NCBI GenBank assembly: GCA_016183865.1
Contig: JACPDT010000279.1
Span: 1 to 38,392, forward strand
Length of the DNA stretch: 38,392 nucleotides
DNA from: Armatimonadota bacterium
GTDB taxonomy: Bacteria; Vulcanimicrobiota; JACPDT01
Reading direction: 5' to 3'
Positions 27,701 through 33,646 of this stretch are shown in pieces (positions within the stretch are counted from its first letter, which is position 1; each line of letters begins with the position of its first letter). The notes under the pieces were generated by a model. The model was not told where the DNA came from. It saw nothing but the letters and a program-made list of their open reading frames with translations, and did not search any database. The position numbers were made by a program, and so were the translations under genes.

Positions 27701-28032
27701 CCCGTCATTTCGGGAAAGGCGCCGCAATAACCGCCTCCATACTTCTGGGGCTTGCCGCAGTCCTGGCTGTCTCGTCGGCGGAGAAACCCGAGGAGATCGG
27801 CTACATTTTTCTCACCCTGGCAGGCTTTCTTGCAGCAGGCAGGGTAATCGTAAAATGGCTCATCCAGGATCGGATTCCCGCGTATTTTTTCGGTATTTTC
27901 TTTTTCCTGATTCTGGAGCTGGGCTTGCCCTATCTGCAAGTCCCCACGACCATGGGTCGCGCAACATCCGTCATACTCGGGTCGCTCCTGATTGCACCAC
28001 TGGTCCTCAATCTCCGGAAACGGCTTCAGTAG
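24709..28032 (+). CDS. Giant (~1100 aa) polytopic CPBP-family (CAAX/Abi) intramembrane protease with duplicated extracytoplasmic modules
   Basis: The ATG at 24709 overlaps the corA stop by 10 nt. CPBP motifs: SEEFFFRFF (EExxxR), AILHCNY (FxxxH-like) and TAHYVFNA (HxxxN). Two homologous ~150-aa soluble modules each end in (H/A)RTDH.(F/L)VWE. Confidence 0.85.
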   Translation: MVLTGSSGSRDRLFLTLALLCGLAGLIITLVLHNRAFPSASLDLAVSREEAETGARSFLLARGHDLSGFRAAVAFNHDQSALNYLERTWGLFRINPLIKKELSVWYWDVRFFRPLEREGFQVRIDPGGRVAAFEHTLREESPGKDLPAKEARIRCAAFLESMGWDLREFRPLAEKTEKKPHRTDHRFVWERSNPPLPGLRYWVAASLAGEEISFFSESVKVPESFLAAEAKEGESGQLLALAGTFLWFLMFLGLVVSFVKSLRARTVDWTLSRRVGWILAGISLLLGLNSIPISWWHYDPEVSYGYFWFTQILTFLVSTAVLCLGTVLVAGAADPLWRGLFPGRPALDSFLTLPGLRRRSSAVGVLVGYGAAFAFLGYQVLFYLGARKIGAWSPLEIPYDDVLSTALPWVYPLFIGFSAALSEEFFFRFFAVSWLLRITGRKWVALVLPAVIWAILHCNYPQQPFYIRGIELAVVGIAWGLLLLRYGVITTVTAHYVFNAAQGSALLLMSDNLYFRVSAIITVLLMLFPLFFAFRKVATGKEEDVTYTERELPEDAVPQAPPLSAHPLSAPYTIPFSLPRRTALLGLSFAGFLLLYLVPTASPGEKTRWWCDLYKAREEGSRSLQARGVQTQGKWSGFSLTPLDDESLRYLVQEAGVSRAYAVLEKRLPLLLMKGAWFAPDSRERYEVWLLPDGRPFRYEHEIPEERPGGRLSAREARDLALKGLLDSGISVKNWTLVQARSIERPARTDHSLVWEDPLPVIGEGRLRIEVGVQGTELTGPAIYPKVPESFLLKERARTAWNGVQEGILSFLSIGLLTLLFIFFFSGVLRGLLDWKPVALLCGFVFMCVASGVANGFPVLAFHFPSDKSVVQLLGGSFLAGLLVMGVSLFILFSAVAVVDILSKKLLPGSPGLRTWISWVFLESRAGQDCLLGGLSLALLGAGIARLLKWGALEAGEDLLLTYPVFLDTWFPALGVIGAAFTAAVVFLVTALLVLFWARHFGKGAAITASILLGLAAVLAVSSAEKPEEIGYIFLTLAGFLAAGRVIVKWLIQDRIPAYFFGIFFFLILELGLPYLQVPTTMGRATSVILGSLLIAPLVLNLRKRLQ

Positions 28033-29180
28033 CGGAAAACCGCGGCAAGGGGTGTTGGGACCGGCATTTCCTCCGGTTCCACCGCATAGACGGTTCCTTT
28101 GTGAACCAGGGTTTGGACAGCGGCCAGGTCCAGCAGATCCTGGCACCCGGGTCCGCCTTCTTCGCAAAAGCGAATCTCTCCTTTGTCCGCATCAACGGTC
28201 CCCCACTGTTGAGAACCCGTGGCGATGAAGAGGAACTCCACTCTTCCGCGAAAGGCCTCTGGAACAATCTCCCGCACGTCCATCGAGGAGCGCCCGGTAC
28301 CCGAAAAATGTTTATACTGGGCAATTGCGAGTCGCCTACCCTCCAGAAAGTGGGGTTTGATGATCTCCCAGGCCTGTTCGTGCAATTCCTTTGGACTGAG
28401 GCGCTCAGGGTTCCCGATGAGTCCCTGATCAACCAGATAAGGATAGGTGTTTACCTCCCTGTAGATGGGATGGAGATAGTCCACAGCAGCCAGGATGAGC
28501 GGTGCGTGCTCGTTTTTCAGTCGCCCATGGAGACCTTTGTCAATCTGGTGACAGTATGTCCTCAGATCTTCTTTCAGGTCCTCATCTCCGACCCCCTGGC
28601 CGTGAAAGATCACCGATTGTCCCCCTGTTCTCCCCTTCGAGCGGGCGTGGAAGTGAACCTGTTTTGCAGGGCTGTCGTATCTTACGGCCTCTTCACGGCT
28701 TCCCGGCACGCCTGGGATCCGCACTTCGCCGATGTTTGCCCGTGTGCCCTGGAGCAGCCTCATGTTGTGCTGGCTCAGAGCCAGAAGAAAAAATTGTCCG
28801 TCCCCGCTGAGCAACGGGAGAAGGGGCTTGATGTGAAAGCGGTCATTGACGGCCACCAATTCTTCGAAATGATAGGGGAGACAGAAATGCCGAAATTCGT
28901 GGGAGGAAAGAAATACCGCCACCCCTCCCTCTTGCCTTCTCCAGAAGGGTCCATCCTCCAGGAGCTTGTGGGCCGGCGCAAGGAACTCATTCACTTCTCT
29001 TGTGCGGAGCCCTTTGGTGGCCAGATTCTCCCCTGCCTGACGAACCATGTTTTTGAACCGAATCATGTTGTTTTGTTGTGCTTCCACCCCCCCGGGATGA
29101 GCGGGCATGAAGAGAGAGACGCACAGGTTGGTGTGTTTTTCGATGAGTGCCTCAACATCGTTTCTTGTCAGGGTCGCCAT
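28026..29180 (-). CDS. Bacterial eRF1-like (baeRF-family) protein, function unknown
   Basis: Strong SD (AGGAGAGG). N-terminal VSLFMPAHPGGVEAQQNNMIRFKNMVRQAGENL, FWRRQ..GVAVFLS, FHIKPLLPLL, FFLLALSQHNMRLL, the FHGQGVG loop, PLILAAVDYL.PIYREVN.YP and the C-terminal LAAVFRY tail all fit my memory of the baeRF family consensus. No search was run. Confidence 0.65.
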   Translation of the reverse strand: MATLTRNDVEALIEKHTNLCVSLFMPAHPGGVEAQQNNMIRFKNMVRQAGENLATKGLRTREVNEFLAPAHKLLEDGPFWRRQEGGVAVFLSSHEFRHFCLPYHFEELVAVNDRFHIKPLLPLLSGDGQFFLLALSQHNMRLLQGTRANIGEVRIPGVPGSREEAVRYDSPAKQVHFHARSKGRTGGQSVIFHGQGVGDEDLKEDLRTYCHQIDKGLHGRLKNEHAPLILAAVDYLHPIYREVNTYPYLVDQGLIGNPERLSPKELHEQAWEIIKPHFLEGRRLAIAQYKHFSGTGRSSMDVREIVPEAFRGRVEFLFIATGSQQWGTVDADKGEIRFCEEGGPGCQDLLDLAAVQTLVHKGTVYAVEPEEMPVPTPLAAVFRY

Positions 29181-29326
29181 AGGGATCCTCTCCTTTCCAG
29201 AGGGACAGGACTGCTGCCTATGAAGTATTTACCCTGATTTGCGAGGATCATAACCGCAATTCATCCCCACAGAGACACAGAGAGCACGGAGAACTTCAGG
29301 TAACCCGGCAGGTCCTGAGACTTATT

Positions 29327-30148
29327 CTAACTATGGCGGCTCCGGGAACGTCGTGAATGGGCAACGGGTCCGTTCGGATGAACAGGCTGGCTCAGGGAGG
29401 CATTCCAGGTTCGTTCCACGTATTCTTCAATGGAGAAGTTGCGGGGCCTCCTGGAAGGAGTGGCGAGAAGCTGAATTTTCTGTATTCGGTCCCCCTTCAA
29501 GACCACGATTTTCGAGGTCTTGGGAAAATGGGCGACAAGATACCAGTTGCATTTTTGGTAGAAGAGACCGTATGGTTCCACAAGCTCGATTGAGACCTCT
29601 TGCCTCGCCCGGGGCGTGCTGCCCGTCTCCTCAGGGGAGAAGGTGATTCGGGTCTGCAATCTTCGGGTCAAGGCCTGCTCCAGCACTCCGATCGTCGTTC
29701 TGAGAGGTTGATGGATTCGGGATCGTAGGAGTCCGTCGCCCTTTGGGCCGGCCTTGCGGGGGCCCGGCACACCGGCCACCTTTTCTTTTAGCTTCGAATC
29801 GGTGGCAAAAAAGCCATTCGTCAAGGTTTCCTCGATTTTTTTCGCAACTCCAGCCATGGTGGCTGAAACAGGCGTCTTTCTTGCCTCCTTGGCGCCGCAG
29901 CAGTGCAGAATGGAGAGAACCTCCTCAAAAGTCAAAGGAATCGGCGGAAGGAGAATCCCCGGAAGAACCTTGTAACCCTCCTCCTGATAGAGGGGAACCA
30001 GGTAGGAAAGGCGCTCGAGGTCCCTGTAGACGGTTCTAAGCGAGCATTCCAGCCTTTCCGCCATGTCTCGAGGTCTGAGACCGCGGCTTTTCTGAGTGCT
30101 GAGGAGGAGATGGAGCAACCGAAGAAAGCGCTGATTTGCCTTGTTCAC
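29327..30148 (-). CDS. HTH-WYL-domain transcriptional regulator, short form lacking the C-terminal extension (WYL-2)
   Basis: wHTH (RFLRLLHLLL....DMAERLECSLRTVYRDLERL). WYL core (VEPYGLFYQKCNWYLVAHFPKTSKIVVLKGDRIQKIQLL). GTG start with AGGAGG 7 nt upstream. The N-terminal half aligns with WYL-1 (LP..L.P.PL.F.EVL). Confidence 0.8.
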   Translation of the reverse strand: MNKANQRFLRLLHLLLSTQKSRGLRPRDMAERLECSLRTVYRDLERLSYLVPLYQEEGYKVLPGILLPPIPLTFEEVLSILHCCGAKEARKTPVSATMAGVAKKIEETLTNGFFATDSKLKEKVAGVPGPRKAGPKGDGLLRSRIHQPLRTTIGVLEQALTRRLQTRITFSPEETGSTPRARQEVSIELVEPYGLFYQKCNWYLVAHFPKTSKIVVLKGDRIQKIQLLATPSRRPRNFSIEEYVERTWNASLSQPVHPNGPVAHSRRSRSRHS

Positions 30149-30171
30149 ACAGGCCTCCTGGTAAGGAAATT

Positions 30172-30213
30172 GGGAATATCGTACAAACCTGAATGGTAAT
30201 ATTTAATATTCCC
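30172..30213. promoter_or_regulatory. Inverted repeat in the AT-rich promoter region of WYL-2 (candidate operator)
   Basis: GGGAATAT (30172-30179) and ATATTCCC (30206-30213) are perfect reverse complements, 26 nt apart. A doubled AATATT lies just inside the right arm. The left arm begins 24 nt upstream of the WYL-2 GTG start. Confidence 0.3.
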
Positions 30214-30456
30214 ATAAGGATTTCCTCTTCATAGTAAAAATCAATTGTCCTTTCTCTATGACGGACAATACAGAGTCGAAAGGAGTGGTCGCTCCGGATG
30301 GAAGGCTTCAATGTACCGCCGCTACTTGCATCGCAGGGGTAGCCGCCCTGCAGGCTCTGCTGCTCCCCATGGGACTTGAAGACTTCCCTGAGTGCCTGGG
30401 GAGGGGCTCGGGGAATCGGACGCGACGAATCGCGTCTCTCCTTCCCCTTGAGGAGA

Positions 30457-32142
30457 TTACGTAGTGGCGACTCCCTTGCTTGCGCCGAGATCCTCCAGGA
30501 TGTCTTTCAGGCGGGCAGGGTCTTTGATCAGGTTTTTAAGATCTTCGATCATTCCCTTTTGAATGTGGCTTCCGAGCTTGTCCCAGGGCTTCACAGGAAA
30601 CTCCGCGGGATCCATCTGCATGCCGCTCAACACATTGGATAAAATCCCTCCTGCCGTATAAGAGGCATAGCTCTCCTCGAAGACGTCCGCCGCAGGAACC
30701 ATATATTTTGGAATTTTCTCTTCCAGGATCTGATATGCCGCGCTTTTCGCGATCACATCGGGAACGCTTCGGCGCATCCCTACCAGCACATTATCCCAAT
30801 CGGGGTGCCTGTACTCGGCAGGGACGTTAGAGGCCAGCTCGATCTCCGGATCGCCAAGAATCTCCGCCGCCTGTCGGATCAGGTTGTTGTCCTTGGGGTT
30901 GACTCCCATCATCCGCGTGGCGATCGTGTCAATGGCGACCAGGTTCTTTCCGGCGAAGATCATCTCCGTTTTCTTCGGATTCGGGGTTCCCTTGAAGCCC
31001 AGCAGGCCGTCGGCGCTCCAGAATCCATCCACGAACCCGAAATCCACAGGGAAATTGCGCATCATATCCAGGGCCGCCTTGTCCCATTCCCGCTTGGCGT
31101 GGTATTCAAGGCCCTTGTCCTGCAGAGGGGTCAGACCGTACAGGTTCTTCAAGGTAAGAGTGCTTACACAGGAGATATGTGTTTTGTTTTTGGCGAAGGA
31201 GATTCGGTAATCCGCCTCTTTCCACGTTCTCCCTGCCGGATGATTCCCAAGCCTTCCCCCATAGCTGTGCGGCACCTGATCCAGTGTGAGATCCACAATT
31301 CGATAGCCATGCTCTTCAGGCTTCATTCCGGCCACTCTGGCCACATTCTCCACGGAGCGATTCCGGTACCAGTTTCCATAGGTATTCTGGGATTCTACCA
31401 CATAGATTCGAGTGAATCCCTTTTCCCGAATTCCGTCAATCAGATATTCAAGAAGCTCCGGGTCCGTATAGGTAGCAACCGGATCTTCCTTATGGGTCAT
31501 CATCATGAGATTGGGCTTGAGGGCGATGGAGAATTCATCCTTTGGCTTTCCCGATTCTTTCCATTTTGCTTCCAGGTCATCGAAGAATCGGCTTTCCTGG
31601 ATCACCTGATCCATGAGCATGATCTTGTCCGGACCCTTTATCGCTACAACCCTGGCAGGTTGAACGGGAATCGGGGGCTTGTCGCCGATTGCAGTGACGC
31701 TCAATTCGCCCTTTGGCGGGGGAATGATATGATCCGCCAGTTTTGCCCCTCCCGATGCGCCCAGGGTGAAGCCATAGAAGAGCCCTGCCGCGCTTCCCAC
31801 CGTGATTCCGATCACCGCCCCGGCCGCCCCTCCGATGAGGGAGGCTGCAAATGATCCGACAAGGGGGCTCACCTTGTCGTGAACCGCGACGGCCAGACGA
31901 TCTACAAGGGGAAATGCCTTTTCGATGGAATGGGCGTCATGCCCGGGCGGCTTTCCAGAAAATCCGCTCCGCGCCCCCTCAACAGGCGCCAGAACCGCAC
32001 CCCCTGCAAGACCTCCCACACTCCCGAGAGCGCCTCCCGCGGCGCCCAGGACGACCTCCGCCGTCTTGCGCACCCCTTTTCGGAGCCGCGACTCCCTGGG
32101 GTCAGGGGACAGGATCTGTGGAGGGAACCAGGTGATTTCCAT
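30457..32142 (-). CDS. DUF362-domain protein with an N-terminal ~130-aa glycine-zipper membrane region
   Basis: DUF362-like ALKPNLMMMTHKEDPVATYTDPELLEYLIDGIREKGF and FAKNKTHISCVSTLTLKNLYG. The N-terminus holds GAAGGALGSVGGLAGGAV and LIGGAAGAVIGITVGSAAGLFYGFTLGASGGA, the latter with eight Gly at i,i+4. GGAGG SD. The ATG lies 15 nt after the upstream gene's stop. Confidence 0.8.
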   Translation of the reverse strand: MEITWFPPQILSPDPRESRLRKGVRKTAEVVLGAAGGALGSVGGLAGGAVLAPVEGARSGFSGKPPGHDAHSIEKAFPLVDRLAVAVHDKVSPLVGSFAASLIGGAAGAVIGITVGSAAGLFYGFTLGASGGAKLADHIIPPPKGELSVTAIGDKPPIPVQPARVVAIKGPDKIMLMDQVIQESRFFDDLEAKWKESGKPKDEFSIALKPNLMMMTHKEDPVATYTDPELLEYLIDGIREKGFTRIYVVESQNTYGNWYRNRSVENVARVAGMKPEEHGYRIVDLTLDQVPHSYGGRLGNHPAGRTWKEADYRISFAKNKTHISCVSTLTLKNLYGLTPLQDKGLEYHAKREWDKAALDMMRNFPVDFGFVDGFWSADGLLGFKGTPNPKKTEMIFAGKNLVAIDTIATRMMGVNPKDNNLIRQAAEILGDPEIELASNVPAEYRHPDWDNVLVGMRRSVPDVIAKSAAYQILEEKIPKYMVPAADVFEESYASYTAGGILSNVLSGMQMDPAEFPVKPWDKLGSHIQKGMIEDLKNLIKDPARLKDILEDLGASKGVATT

Positions 32143-32157
32143 TGTTGCACGCCTCCG

Positions 32158-33132
32158 TCACTTTCGCTCCAGAATGTACCTTATGGAGCACCGGTTTCCC
32201 TCAGGCGTTTTCTCAACGCTGAGGAAGCCGGGAGCATAATCGGGAAGAGGAAGCCTCGTCGTGGGTGAGCACCATTTGCCCACCATGAGGTCATCGGTGA
32301 CCATCTTGATCTCATCGTGCCAGTTCGTCCAATCATAGGTGTTCATTTGTTCCGGCGTCATCTCCACCCTTGAGTTTCCGGCCAGGAGGCGGGCGAAGAT
32401 GTATCGCATTTTCAATTCTCCCGATTTGTCGGAAGTGAAAGTGAATCTCTGGCTCTCAGGCGAGAGGCCGCCGTCTGAAACCAGCTTTCCCGCCCATTCT
32501 CCGATCACTTTGCCTTCAGGGGGCCTCTGGGCCTGTTCCTGGAAAATCTTTTCGTGGTCCTCTTCGGCCATGCGCTCAATCCCGTACTTTCTGGACATGC
32601 TGAAGGTCAGCAGAGGCAATCCATTGGGCGGAATGCCGAGAAAGGCTTTTCCCACGATCGTATCCTTGTCAACGATTTTGAGGACATCGTAGAACATTGC
32701 GTTCTGAGGACTTATGTACTTGAGAAGCACCACTTCTCCATATTTGGGGTGACTGTATATTTGAGGACGACTGTCTGCGTAAACGAAGGGCACTTCCACC
32801 GGGTGGGTAATCCCTTTGACAACGCCGTCCTCCTGGTAGAAGCGTTTCCAGAAACCGCCCAGATACTGGATGGCGAGATTCTGATCCGCCGGAAAGAACC
32901 CCTTCCACTGGTTGTCATTGTGGATGGTGAGAGTTTCCTTGTCGAAGCTCCATCTCTTTTCCGGGGGTGTTGTTTCCTTGTCCCCATTGATCAGGGTTTC
33001 CAGAGGCAGGTTGTTTTTAGCCTTTTCAAACATCTCTTCCAGCTCTTTTTTGGTGCATTGGATGGGATGTTTCTCCATGCCTGTCTTTGCTTCGGCCACC
33101 TCTGGCTTAGTGGGTCGAGACACAAATTCCAT
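32158..33132 (-). CDS. Tandem GXWXG/DUF4334-like protein (two lipocalin-like halves)
   Basis: Half 1: NQWKG...GGFWKRF..THPVEVPF...AMFYDVLKIVDKDTIVGKAF. Half 2: GEWAG......WHDEIKMVTDDLMVGKW. Both echo the GXWXG + DUF4334 pattern (G.W.G, GWYGK.F, HPL, YD.LPI.D.FR.VDDDT..G). I prefer the ATG at 33132; the tracked ORF to 33834 is not credible upstream of that. Confidence 0.55.
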   Translation of the reverse strand: MEFVSRPTKPEVAEAKTGMEKHPIQCTKKELEEMFEKAKNNLPLETLINGDKETTPPEKRWSFDKETLTIHNDNQWKGFFPADQNLAIQYLGGFWKRFYQEDGVVKGITHPVEVPFVYADSRPQIYSHPKYGEVVLLKYISPQNAMFYDVLKIVDKDTIVGKAFLGIPPNGLPLLTFSMSRKYGIERMAEEDHEKIFQEQAQRPPEGKVIGEWAGKLVSDGGLSPESQRFTFTSDKSGELKMRYIFARLLAGNSRVEMTPEQMNTYDWTNWHDEIKMVTDDLMVGKWCSPTTRLPLPDYAPGFLSVEKTPEGNRCSIRYILERK

Positions 33133-33466
33133 CACGCCTTGACGCGTCTCTGGGCCGATCTCGGGGCGCTCCTCGACTGCGCTCCTCAACGTAGCGCTTC
33201 GGCTACGCCTGCGGTGCTCGCTCGTGCGCGCTCCCGACCTCGTCTCCAGATCCATCGCCAAATCATTGACGTTATTTATGTCCCAACCCACTTTACGGCC
33301 TCTCCGAGGATTACAGTTTCGCCCGTGCGAGTCTCCCTGTCCAGGTTTTGGGCGGCAGGGTTTTGGAAGCCGCCTGTACCTGTGCCGTGAATGTTCAGGT
33401 TGCCGTAATGATTTGTAATTTCCGTTTGCACGAGAATAGCCCCCTTCAGCCCATTTTATGCTCATT

Positions 33467-33488
33467 TTGTCACAGCCCGTCGTGACAA
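33467..33488. promoter_or_regulatory. Perfect palindrome TTGTCAC-N8-GTGACAA in the 514-bp divergent intergenic region (candidate operator)
   Basis: TTGTCAC (33467-33473) and GTGACAA (33482-33488), read directly. It lies about 160 nt upstream of the GTG start at 33647. Confidence 0.3.
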
Positions 33489-33646
33489 GCAAGTTCCAGA
33501 GGGGATCCAATTTTGTGGGTGTCGGAAAGTTTACAGCCTCGAAAACCCGGAAGCCTGAATCGTTTACAGGTGTCCATACTATTTGAGGATTTTCGGAATT
33601 CACTGTGCTATGGTGATGGGAGCAGAATATAAAGGGGGATGATGAT

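Noticed and set aside
27555-29237. 560-aa plus-strand ORF, the longest unexplained ORF in the track
   Set aside because: It is antisense to the baeRF gene and overlaps the CPBP 3' end. The translation is Arg/Pro/Gly/Ser-rich with no motifs, whereas the opposite strand has a strong SD and a family-like sequence. This is a typical shadow ORF in high-G+C DNA.
29268-29282. Dispersed motif CACAGAGAC(A/G)CAGAG, also present at 6280-6294
   Set aside because: There are only two copies, 15 nt long and of low complexity (CAGAG-type). One lies inside the 3' end of the glycosyltransferase gene. This is insufficient to call a repeat family without genome-wide counts.
30805-31854. 349-aa plus-strand ORF
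   Set aside because: It is antisense to the DUF362 gene, which has clear family motifs and an SD.
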